From positions 11,904,001-11,968,000 of the forward strand of contig JBHGNT010000021.1 in the NCBI GenBank assembly GCA_043228905.1: a DNA stretch of 64,000 bases, in the 5' to 3' direction. Positions 12,155 through 24,974 of the stretch are shown here, in pieces. This stretch comes from Azolla caroliniana (lineage: Eukaryota > Plantae > Polypodiophyta). Each line of letters opens with the position of its first letter. Position 1 is the first letter of the stretch. The position numbers and the translations under genes are program-made. The notes under the pieces are model-generated. The model saw only the letters and a program-made list of their open reading frames with translations, was not told where the DNA came from and did not search any database.

Positions 12155-15100
12155 TGTTATGTACACATAACATTGGTGAGGGTAGGTCACCAATATTTAC
12201 ATTAGTGAAGGGTATGTTCACTAATGTTAAAAAGGGGACTAATGATTGGATAGAAGGAATGATAGGTGCATGCACTATCATGATTTGGACAACCAATGGA
12301 GGGCCTTTTAGAAAAGCACATCTATTCAAGGGGCCTAAGAAAAGGTATAAATATGAGGCTTAGCTACCCTCATAATCACATTACGTCGGAAGGTTGCAGT
12401 CTTAGACACCGGCGGTGCGGGTTAGGCTTTTGTCTCGACGATCGTGTTTATCTCTTCCAAGGTATTAGTCATCCTAATATCCGGCGATATGGGACGTCGG
12501 TGGTAGGTTGGCTATGTCTAGATCATAGCTCGAGGGTGGTCGGGTGGAACAGGTTCTTCTATCCATTCTATTTTCCTTCTTTTACTTTAGTTTGGTCTAT
12601 TGATTAGTAATAGACTCTTAACAGTGGTATCAGAGCATTTACTAACAATTTTTTTTGTTGTTTTGATGTTTTTTGCGTGTGAGCGATGGGGATCTAACAA
12701 GGCCCGTCATGCTCTTCATAGGATCAAAACAACATTCTTAACCCGGTATTCTTCTTTCTCAATCTCTCTTTTCTTTTCTATGATGCTTTCTTCTTGGTCA
12801 TAGGGAAGTGGTATTACGTTTTCTTTTTCTTTCTTTCTTCTTTCTACCATCATACGATGTTAATCTACTTATGCATCGGGTCGAGCGTGTTTGCACTAAT
12901 CGTACACACTCAACTCATGGCCCTTTTGCATATTGCAATGTATCTCCCACTCTCCCCTCTCTTACGATAATAATTATTCTTGTGCATCGGGTCGAGCGTG
13001 TTTGCCCTAATTGCACACGCTCACCTCATGGCCCTTTTGCATATGATGTTGAGTATGCCACTCTTCCATTTATTGAGTCATCACTTGGCTGATTCTATGG
13101 GATGTTGTGGTCTTGACGAGGTGTATGTCGCCTACCTATGCCACTCTACTCTCTATTGAGCCATCACTTGGTTGATTCTATGGGATGTTGTGGCCTTAAC
13201 GAGGTATATGTTGCTTACCTATGCCACTTTACTCTTTATTGAGCCATCAATTAGCCGATTCTAGGGAGATGTGGTGGTCTTGAGGAGGTGCATGTCGACT
13301 ACCTTAGGGTTTCATACCTTAAGGCATGCTTAATGATTCATACACCTAATTGATTATTATTCTAATTAATTTCAAATTACACAAATTTTTGTTTCACTTT
13401 TGTATGATTTTCTAGTAATTGTCATTTACCCACCCACAATTAACTCTCTTTCTTGCCCTTATTTTAAGTTCATCTACACTATTTACGTACGTTTAATGGT
13501 GTAACGATTCATGTAGACTATTTTTTAATATTGAGTGGGCATCATGCTGTTTTTTGAACGATTTTTTCCAACGGCTCATCTAGGTTTAACTCATATTATC
13601 GAGTCTTAGAACTCGAGTAAAACCACGTGAGTTCCCCTATCGATGTTTTACTCATAGATTTGAGTTCTACATCTTTGCGCACAACACCACCGCCACTTGT
13701 ATCAATTTGTGGCTTATGTCACAATTGTGCAAATTACAACCACCATATTGGGATGTATATGTGCATACCTCGCACCATCCATTTATTGTGACATTTTTTT
13801 TAGTAGGTAAGATATGGGTTTTTTTACCTTGTTTTCGTCACTACTTGCCTCTAATGGGTAGTGCCTTATTTTATCGTTTTTTTCATAACATTTGCTTGTT
13901 ACTCGCAAGACTAGAATATTACTTGCGAGTGCACTTGTTTTTTCACGTAATACACTTTCTCGTCCATATCAATACATGTTGGGTTTGCATTCTAATATAA
14001 GGCTAACTAGGAAACTACATTGATGTTAGAACCATGGTCGAGCCTTGGGGAGCCGCCATGATTACTCAAGATAGAGATCCGAGAAAGACATATTAGCTAT
14101 GTTTGCCCCCATGGTTTTTAAAACACCATAGTGTTACCCTAGTTATCGAATCTCGAATCACATCTCATATGTCTAGAGGGGTAAAGACGTGAGATGCTTT
14201 CTTGGTAAAGTTCTTACAATAAAAATTTCAAGCATTCATTTTGCTTGTGTATTTTCTGAACCTCCTTATTTATATTGCATACCCACAGCTTGCATCATGG
14301 AACAAGTTTTGAACGTTGTTGGAGCAATCTCTCCGACCGAGACCTCTCAACTCCAATCCACATCTCGCACACAAGTTGAGATCACTATTGAGCAATTGCT
14401 CACTACTACCTTGAATCAATTGGCCGAAATGAGGCAGGCCAATATGGCATTGGAAAAGAAATTCCAAGAATTGACTATTGAGTCCAAGAAAGAAGGTGAG
14501 CCTTTTTTCGTAGTAACGCCATTCAAGGGAGATAAGAAAGAAAGAACCGAGGAGGCCATTAACACTTGGCTTAGTCGTTGGGAGTCTCACTTTGAGCTCC
14601 ACCCCAAGCCCGATGCTGTAAAAAATTGGTTACGTCGATCATGACTTAGGTGGCCGAGCTGCTGCTTGGTGGTGTGGCCTAAGGACTGCAAATAACTTAC
14701 CCACAACTTGGGAAGGTTTCGTTGATGTTTTTAAGAAACTGTTTTTGTAGCCACCTTCTCAAACTGAACAAGCACAACACTTGCTCACGTTGTCGAGTAA
14801 GCCATTTACCTCTCTTGAGGATTATGTGCATCATGCTCGGACCCAAATCCAAAAATCGGGACTTATGGGTGAGAAATGGTTTGTTGCTTGCTTTTTGAAT
14901 GGTATTCCTATGGAGGATTACTATTGGATTGTCCATGACAAGGACCCCACAACTTTTGAGGAAGCTGTCAACATTGTACTTCGGTACCATAGGACTTCCA
15001 AGAAAGACCACAATAAACCTGAGTTCGCCAAAACTCCGAATGTCAAGTTCATTGGCAAACGTAAGCAATCCAATGACACTCTTGACCGCGACTCCAAGAA

Positions 15101-18090
15101 ACCTAATGTCTTTTGTGCATATTGCAAGAAGTGGAGCCACACAAAGGACACATGTCGTCGTCTTGAGAGGAAGTCAATGAACACCCCTCCTCAAGAAAAA
15201 TCTACGAGTCACACAGGTGAGTCTTTTGATGTTGTTGAAGTTTATACCAACCACTTAAGTTCATGTGAATGCACTTTTCCTTCACATTTACTTGGACCTA
15301 AGGATTTACTCCAAGCAGTCAGGTATATCAATTGAACACAAGCACATTTCTTGTTTGATTTTGGTAGTTCTCACAATTTTCTTAATGATCACCTTGTGTA
15401 GCAAATGGAACTCCACATAAACGCAAGCGATCATATCTATCAAGTTCACATGGCAAAGGGAAGTGTTCAATACATCAGTGGCATTGTTTGTCAACTGCCA
15501 ATTCAAATAGATACCTATTTGGAGAAGCTTGACTTTCATGTTATGAAACCACAATCCGCAGATGTCATTTTAGGATACCCTTGGTTTTTTAATAAAAAAC
15601 CCTTATTTGTCCATTGATTGGGTTAATCACTCAAACTCAATCAAATTTGAACTTAATAATTGTAAACATTTTATTCAATGTTCCAAACTTCCTTCTCGTT
15701 CACTTATGGCTTCTAAATCTTTAAATGAGTATTCTAGTTCATTAATTTATTCATGTGTAATTGATCTTGCGCTTCAATTTTATTATTTTAATATTGACGC
15801 CAAACAATTACCGCATTATGAACAAAGCTTACTCGACTCTATTTTAGACGATTTTCAAGACGTGTTTCCTAATGAATTGCCACTTACTTTACCACCAAAA
15901 CGTAATGTGGACCATCAAATTGAACTCATTCCTAGTGCTGCTCCTGTGAGCATTCCACCTTACGAACTTAGTCGATTAGAAGAGGATGTGTGTCAAGCTC
16001 CCACTCTTCTATTATCGGACCCTTCTAAGCCTTTCTCAATCGAAACTAATGCTAGTGATTATGCTATAAGTGTCGTTCTTTATCAAGGCGGTCACCCTAT
16101 TGCTTTTGAAAGTAAGAAGCTTGATGCTGCTCAATCTCGGTATTTGGTTTAAGAGAAAGAGTTGTTTGCGGTAATACATGCACTTAAAACATGGAGGCAT
16201 GATCTCTATGGAAATAAATTTGTGGTTACAACAGACCATCAATCATTGAAGTATTTTTGTGACCAACCAGTTCTTGTTGGTCGTAAAGGTTGTTGGGCTG
16301 ACCTTATGCAAGATTTTGATTTTGCCATACGGTATCGCAAAGGTTCTATGAATACTGTTGCGGATGCTCTTAGTCGCATTAAAGAAGTTAACATGCTTAG
16401 CTTCACGGAAATAAAATCTGATCTTTTAGATCACCTTCGAGGAAGTTACACTTATGAACAATTACCACATTATGAACAACGATTACTCGACTCTATTTTA
16501 GACTATTTTCAAGACGTGTTTCCTAACGAATTGCCACTTACTTTACCACCAAAACGTAATGTGGACCATCAAATTGAACTCATTCCCGGTGTTGCTCCTA
16601 TGATCATTCCACCTTACGGACTTAGTCGATTAGAAGAGGATGAGATCGCTAAACAACTTAAGGAATACTTGAGTATGGGCCACATTAGGTATAGTAAATC
16701 ACCTTGGGGTACGCTAGTTCTATTAGTTAAGAAGAAGGAAGGTTCATGGCAAATGTGTATCAATTATCGTCGTTTGAATAAAATGACAATTAAAAATGCA
16801 TATCTGTTACCTCGTGCCGATGATTTGATTGATCGTTTGCATGGGGCCTGATATTTTACAAATATTGACGTACAGACAGGTTATCATCAGATTCCCATTG
16901 CTGAGGATGATATTCCTAAAACCACTTTTTGTACACGCTATGGCTATTATGAGTTTTTAGTCATGCCTTTCGGGTTGACTAATGCTCCAGCCACATTCCA
17001 ACAAGCGATGAATGACGTTTTCCAATATCAACTCAGTGATTTTGTTGTTGTCTTCTTGGATGATATTTTGATATATAGCCATACCTTGCAAGATCATGTT
17101 CAACATGTTTGATTTGTTTTGCAAAAGTTGCGTGACAACTCTTTCTATGCAAAACATTCAAAATGACATGATTTTTTCCAAAAATCTATTGTGTACCTAG
17201 GTCATTTAATTACGGAAAATGGTGTTGAAATTGAACCTTCTCGTATTGAAAGGGTTAAACTTTGGCCCATTCCTCATAATATTCGTGAACTGCGATCATT
17301 CTTAGGGTTTGTTGGATTTTTACGAAAATCAATTCGTAACTATTCCAAATTGACTACGCCATTAACTGACCTTTTAAAAGGTCATCCACATAAGTCTGTC
17401 AAACCAATTGCATGGAATGAACAACTTGACAAATCATTCGAGACACTCAAAGAGCATGTGTGTCAAGCTCCCACTCTTCTATTACCAGACCCTTCTAAGC
17501 CTTTCTCAATCGAAACCGATGCTAGTGATTATGCTATTGGTGTTGTTCTTTATCAAGGTTGTCACCCTATTGCTTCTAAAAGTAAGAAGCTTGATGCTGC
17601 TCAATCTCGGTATTCAGTTCAAGAGAAAGAGTTGTTTGCGGTAATACATGCACTTAAAACATGGAGGCACTATCTCTATGGAAATAAATTTGTGGTTACA
17701 ATAGGCCATCAATCATTGAAGTATTTTTGTGCCCCGCCAGATCTTGTTGGTCGTAAAGGCCGTTGGGCTGACCTTATGCAAGATTTTGATTTTGCCATAC
17801 GGTATCGCAAGGGTTCTATGACTACTGTTGTGGATGCTCTTAGTTGCATTAAAGAAGTTAACATGCTTAGCTTCACGGAAATAAAATTTGATCTTTTAGA
17901 TCACCTTCGAGGGAAATACCTTGATGATAGTTATTTTTCGAAATACTCGACGAAAGCCGAATCTGGTTTAGATGCCGATACTAGCACCCTACCCTCGAAG
18001 GCGACCTTTCACATTACAAACGGTTTGCTCTACCGTAGTGGAAAGGTCTGTGTTCCAGATTTACCAAACGTAAAATAGAAAATTCTCTTA
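12155..18090 (+). mobile_element. Decayed Ty3/gypsy element: 5' LTR (~12155-12623), tRNA-iMet PBS, repetitive leader, gag (zinc knuckle), protease, RT and RNase H; truncated before the integrase core
   Basis: TAACA-G-TGGTATCAGAGC at 12619-12636. CAYCKKWSHTKDTC knuckle, VILGYPWF, SPWG..VLLVKKK, VVVFLDDILIYS, YLGHLI, ETDASDYAIG, WRHYLYG. Many stops and frameshifts. LTR start is approximate. Confidence 0.92.
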
Positions 18091-18795
18091 TAGAACATGG
18101 ATGTTTCGATGAAACACTAACTTGTTTTCACATGTTGGAGATTGACAGTATGGTCCCCAATTCTATCACCTTTATATGTGGTCTCCTAGGTTGTCGTAGC
18201 AAAGGTGTTATTGCCAAAGGTTGAGAGTTGTATACATGTATTATAACTATCCTTAACTTGCCAAATGCCATCACTTATATTTTGTCCTTTCTTTGATGAT
18301 ATATACTTGTGGAGATGGAAAATATTATATACTATTTGTATAGTGCCTCTGGCCTTTTTTAATTTTAATACCAATGGAGCATATTTTTTATGGATTTTTT
18401 TGTTTTGGGTGTGATGAATATGCATCCAAAGATGGCAAGTGGGTCATAATGTTAATGAATCAATTGTTGTTAGCATATCCGGTTGATGAAGAGCAGATAG
18501 TGAGCACAAAGCTACAAACGCTATTCTAGGACATACGTATAGAGGAATCAATACTTTTGGTAAGTGATGGCATGGGCTACTAGAATAGCAGGGATGTTAT
18601 TGCTAGAACCTCAATACATGCATTTTTTCACATTTACTTTGAAAGTAAAGCCCGCCCTGAAAGGCCACACAAAACTGTATCTTCAGATTCAGTATACAAC
18701 GTTGTTACATACATAGTTGAAACGCACATGGTGGTGGGTGGGAGGCACAAACACATATACATATAGGTACATTCTATGTATGTATGTATACAGTA

Positions 18796-18830
<35 letters not shown>

Positions 18831-18995
18831 CGTGTATATACGTATACATATATGATGTATGTACATATATGTAACAAGAACAGGAAAAGAAATGACCCAC
18901 ACACACGTACACGTACACACGTACGTAGGGTCATAAGAAGAACTGTCTGTGTGTCTGTGGCCCTGCCCTGTCTGCTGTCTCTGTGGCTTGTTGCC

Positions 18996-21900
18996 ATGGC
19001 GGACGAAGCTCTGAGGGACCTCAACCTCTCCAGCGAGGTAACGCAACCCTCCACTTCTAATGCTGATCACCCGCTCCTACTTCTTCTTTTCTTTTAATCT
19101 CTAGTCTGTCATGGAGGGAAGATAGAGAGGGACGACTGTTTTCTTCATGTCCTTTCTTCTTGTATGTGTTCAGGAAGTGCAGAGGTTCTCCAAGGCCATG
19201 AAGGACCCCCAGTTCATGAAGCTTCTCAATGAATACGCCCAGGAGATATCTGAACCCATGAATAAAGAGGTTTGACTATGAACATACATTACTTACACAT
19301 GCATTACATAGGTAACGCTTCACAAAGAAAATGCACTTGGTCTTGAACGATTTGTGGGTTAACAGGAAGCAGATTGCTACATCAAGATGATGGAGGAAAG
19401 GGCGAAAGCAGGTGAATTCTCAATGAAAGGGAAAGAGCTTTTGACCCCACAGCCATCATTCTGTTTTAAGACAAGGAACCAGAAAACAGGATCCAAGGTT
19501 AGATAATGTTTATTGTTGGAGAAGACAATATCTTGTTCTGTTTTCTGGATTCCATTTTCAAGCTTTATATTCTGATTGAGGTGTGTATGTATGCACCTAA
19601 TATTAATATTGGCAGTTTTTCATCAATGTATGCCATTCTGATAAGATAGAGCCACCGAAAAGCAACCCCAGAGCTGATGGCAGTGGAGCAGATTGGGATA
19701 TTCCGTATGGTTTGAGCCACATTCACAAGGATAAGGACAAAGGTTTCTGATATGGAGTTTTTCGCACCTTGATTAGCAATCAACTTTATTTATAAAGAGA
19801 ACTAATGAAATTCCAAGTTTGAGAATAAGTAGATTGGTGCACGAAATCACCAGCATCATGTCAGCCATAAATGAGTAAATCCCAATGTGTTTTATAACAT
19901 ATGATGCAGGTGGAAATGAGTGTGCAAGTGTTGACTACGTTGTCAACGAAGAAGTATGCAAACGATGCACAGAAAATAAACGATTCAAACAGTTTGTTTC
20001 AGAAACAGCAATCGAATCAGTAGAAAAAAATTATAGTCTGCAACTCACGAGAGGTGTTTCGTACAGCAAACTTCATGCTACTGCAAGAAACACCTTTTTC
20101 TTAATTCCTGATATTTGGATAAACAAACTCATGGTTCCGTACCTCGTTTAATGCCTGCCATTTTGATAAACAAACTTATAGTTCCATACACCATATATGC
20201 TATTTTGACAGTAACGAAACTTTTCATGATGGGTCATGCAGAAATCATCTATCCCAAGCTAAAATACAAGGGGCCTTCCCAAACTCCCAAAATGCTGACA
20301 ATACCATCTAGCACACAAGCCATGCCTGCTGCTGGTAGTTTTACAAAATAATAAAATGATGTCTTCATATTTTTAAATATGACAATGGAAGAAGAGCAGG
20401 AAATGTGTCTTTTCTGACAATACATAACCCAATGCTGAAAAATTTAAAAAGAATTCATCATATTTCTGCTAAACTCCATGATATCTAGCTACAGGTAGTA
20501 CACATTGTGCCGATGATAGCAGTGTAGAAAGGAAGAAGGCACTGAAAAAAGTCGATAATAATAAAAAGGATTGCCAAAGTGATATCATAGGAGATGAGAT
20601 CTTCCATGAACCAAAGTTTGAAATCATATACAGAAATGGTTTAGATCTTGGAAGATTTTGGTTAGTGGTGAACTTTTTAACAATAAACTTTTTTAGATAA
20701 TGAGAAATTTGTCATGTTCGAACACGTGATCATTGGTGTAAACGAGATTTGTATAGTTAAAGTCACTAAATTATGAAGAACTAATCATTTTTTAAATTGG
20801 TTTTCTATCACATCTTTCAAAATATTTGTGATATGGATAATTTTCGTTTGAGCACCAACCATATTCTGTGGCCAAAGAGGATTGAATCTGGGCAAACTGG
20901 GCCAGTCTCAAAAGTGATAAGAGCCTTTTTCACCATTTGAATTTAGGTTCGTTAACGCTGGTCACAAAAAAAAAATGGGGGTCTTGTAACTGTGCATATA
21001 CCAAATTTGCATGCACATTTGTTTCTTTTGATTATAATATCTTTGTGTTATTTTGGGTTTTAATAAACTCTCTCACAATTTGGTGTCACAAGGCAAAATA
21101 TTCAGTCGGTTCTCCATGTATTCATACATAAGAAGTTAACATCCTGATGGATTACTAGTTGAACATTTTCTGATATATCATTCTTTTCCGTTATCTATTA
21201 AACACAGGATGGACAATAACATTGATTCAACAACAGAGCTGGAGATGCCTAAAGAAATCCTTTTGCGAGTGTTTCTACCTGAAGTGGTATATAACTATAA
21301 AAGAATCATGTTATTCATCTGTTTATCACTAATCAAATCATCGGAATGTGATATGCATCTTGCTATTCAGTAATTTTTCTTCACACAACCTTGGGCCAAT
21401 GTGAAGATGGTATCCTGGATGGGTAAACCTAAAACTCTGTTACAAATGCAATACATAACACATCTAGATAAGACACATACGGTAAACCCTCAATGACTCA
21501 TGACTACATGACTATATCATATAAATACAACATATGTCGTTTGGGACTACCAAAAATGAAATATGAGGTTATTGATACTGAATCATCATCATGTATGTCA
21601 AAGAGGATGTATTGTCATTATTATGATGAGATTCAACCACAAGCTTGAGATCCTGATCATATCAGTACTGCTAGAATTCTGTGTTCTCTCAGCGGCCCTA
21701 GAGCTCCATTGACTACGAAAGTATTAAGAAAAATCATTGTTAAATAAAACCTAACAATGACTTGGTGATTATTTAAAATAGTTTGAGATTATTTTTTTCG
21801 ATCGTCATATCTTTTGCTGATTATAATCAATAAAACAACTGTCTACATGTTGGGGAAAAATGGGATGAAGAATCCTAGGATGCTATATAAGAGAAGGAAT

Positions 21901-22648
21901 TTATCATTTATATTGTAAGGGTGTTTAAATGCCTTACTTCTCCATACTGGAGCAGATGGATGTGTAGGTAGGCCCTTACATGGGCCTGAGTTCAAGATGC
22001 ATCCATTTTTCCACAACCAAATGCACTATTTTAATTTTTAAATAATGGAATACCTATTGACTAAGTTTACCTAATGTATATTGCGCTGGGTGTCAGTTGG
22101 CATGTCATAGCTTATGGAAAGTCAGATGGAAAGACCGTAATAATTTCTATTCTTTTGGAAACTCCATCATTTGGACTCTCATTTGATGTGGCCAACACAT
22201 GTCAGTGGGATCTCTTTGCCGTGTCCTGAGTATTTTCACTGTCTGTATTATTTTGCACTTTTTGTGAGGGATTTAAATACCCTAATATTTTTGCGAATGA
22301 ATGTTTCTGAATTTACTGTTGTATTATTTTACGCTTTACGAGAGGAACTTAGTATATCCTAATATTTTTGCAGATGAATGTTTGTGAATTTACTGTTTAT
22401 ATTCTTTTACACTTTTTGGGAGGAATCTAATACGCACTAATATTTTTGCAGATGAATGCTTGTGAAGTAGAGCTTGATGTTTCCGATTCCCAAGCACTGT
22501 TGAACGTTCCTAATCTATACAAACTCCAGGCAAGATTGTTGTCCATAGATTTTCAATAACATCATTTTTCTGCTTTATATACCACAAATACTTCTTGTTT
22601 GTACTGATTATATTCCTAGGTTGTAAAGAGAAGGAAGCGTGTTTGTGT

Positions 22649-22742
<94 letters not shown>

Positions 22743-22874
22743 CCATGCTAAGTTCTTCAGGTGAAATGGCGATATATTGTGGATTCTAGCAAGGGCCATG
22801 CAAAGTTTGACAAACTCAACCATAAATTGGAAATTGTGTTGCCAATTCAAGCACCTTGCAAGGTTGAGAAGTAG
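18996..22874 (+). CDS. DNAAF2: Kintoun / PF13 / DNAAF2-like PIH1+CS domain axonemal dynein assembly factor; exons 18996-19037, 19174-19269, 19366-19497, 19616-19742, 19910-20053, 20242-20334, 20495-20660, 21208-21286, 22452-22529, 22761-22874
   Basis: Spliced product reads MADEALRDLNLSSEEVQRFSKAMKDPQFMKLLNEYAQEISEPMNK...PQPSFCFKT..KFFINVCHSDKI..WDIPYGL..DKDKGGNEC..D..V...PKLKYKG...PKEILLRVFLP...AKFDKLNHKLEIVLP*. The N-terminal 'F.KA.KD..F.KLL.EY..EI..P.NK' pattern is Kintoun-like. The frame is continuous across 9 introns, the last with a GC donor. Confidence 0.85.
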
Positions 22875-24974
22875 CAGTATTCCATCTTCTATTCCAATCA
22901 GAAGACCTCGATGTATTTGAATGTTAACCGTTGACAAATTTATTGGCAATGCAGAACTCGTCCTTGATTTGTGACATGTCCTTGTTTATTTCATTCCTGT
23001 AGCATATTTTGTAAACAGTTTAGACCATCAACTTTCTAATTTAGAGGATGATGCCATATGGAAACATCAAAAGCCGGTATTGTAAAGTTATTGTAAAACC
23101 CATATTTTGAATAGCAAGTTGGTGTACTTTCTAATGTCTAAAATCCACTCATTTTTTCAAAGCATATGGTGCCTGGCAAATAAAAGCAGCGAATAAATGG
23201 TCAATAATGCAGTGTGGGTGATAAGGATAAAATTGGAGTAAACATAAGCTTGATTAGAAATATAGTAGGGGAACCAAGGTTTGAACCACATGGCAAGTCT
23301 TTGAGGGCGAGCTTGTAGTTAATTTTAAACAGAATGAATAACTAACAAGTAGAAAGAGGCATATCCTAAACTTGACTTTGGTTTTTAGTTTCCATAAAAA
23401 CACTGATAGCTATTTTATAACTTCCCAGAAATTACTCAAGAAATTGTCAAACCTATGTTACAAAAAATTACTCATGGGACAAGTAAATTGGTGTTTCTAG
23501 GTTGCAATGACATAATCTTGGAGAACCAAATTAGTGAGGAGAGATTTTGATGAGCATTCTATGGCAGAGATATATCTCCTTGATGCGTTGGACCCTTTGA
23601 AATGGGCTCGGATGAAGAGGCATTGATCAAAAGACAAAGAATAGCATAGAGCAAGAAAAATATATTCTATACGCTTTATCATATTCCATTCACTCATTTA
23701 GGAATGATTGACAAATATAGAGAGCATGTTGCAGATTGAAGGAGTACCATTCACCCATTTAGGAATGATAGACTAATAAAAGCATACAAGTGTGTCAGAA
23801 ATTATAAAATCCATAGTAAACTACCATTAAGTAACCAAATACCACGTTAATCACCTAACCACAATATAGTTTTATATTACATCTATTGATTGAGAAAACA
23901 CAGGCAAGAGCATCAAGAAAATACAAGGAAATATCAAACTTTGAGTATATTATTTGTACAATCATAGGTGGGCAAACAGTGAAGCATGCATCTCCATTAA
24001 ATATACAACTATATCTAACTTACCTAAAAAAAGCACATATTACATATTAAAACAAGAGGATGGTTAGCTTTGAGTTTAATGCACATATTTCTATGCTCAA
24101 CAGTGAATGTAGTGTGAAGAATAGTTGGCGATCATTTATACTCATATTACAGAATCCTCAAACATTCCGAAGTCTCAATAACTTCCAAACATCAACAGAG
24201 AATCAACATGACCTATGCAATTAACTTTGTTCTGACATTCTGTATACCCAAGAATCTCTGTCAAGTTTAAATGTAGACTAAATGTCTACTCTTCTGTATA
24301 TAGTGGCATGCATTGTTTTTGTCTCTCAAATAAAAATATATTCTACAAAACCATTGGTGTCACGATCCATTTTCATTTGGTGGTTCCAATGTACAGCCCA
24401 TTGTAAACCTAAATTAACCAAATTTATCCACAATGCTATAGATACAGTAAGAACATAATTGTTTGAAAATAGGTTTACTTGTAGCAATACACTAAGCTAT
24501 ATCATATGGTTTTGTGATATCAGTTACAATGATGCAACAGAAATGAGATGGAACTAGAGAAACTTTGGCTAGACCTTCATTTCTTTGTAATGACATAAAT
24601 GATTTCATGTGAAGGGCAATATCTTGGCCCATTTTTCCTTTAATTAAATCATTGGAGGTAAAGTAGCCTACAGGCTGAACATTACAGAGAAGAGAATACA
24701 ATCTCATTTATACAGGAATGTTCAGGATAAACATTCATAATCTTTAAAAACTCAGTGTAAAAACCTTTGACACACAAGATGATGTTCCTATATATCATTT
24801 TCATGTAAGATTCCATATCAGCAAACCCCGAGTAGTTGGATGATGTTCCTTCAAAGCATTCTTAAAAATGACAGTCCACTGCATCAGCTGAAACCTCCTG
24901 CTTTGCTCAGTACAAAATTGTTTGGTGTTCCAAGAATATCCTCCTACCTATCATATCATTTTTTATAGCATATT

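Noticed and set aside
18634-19097. ORFs rich in IC/YT/YI repeats
   Set aside because: Translations of an (ATATGT)n microsatellite upstream of Kintoun.
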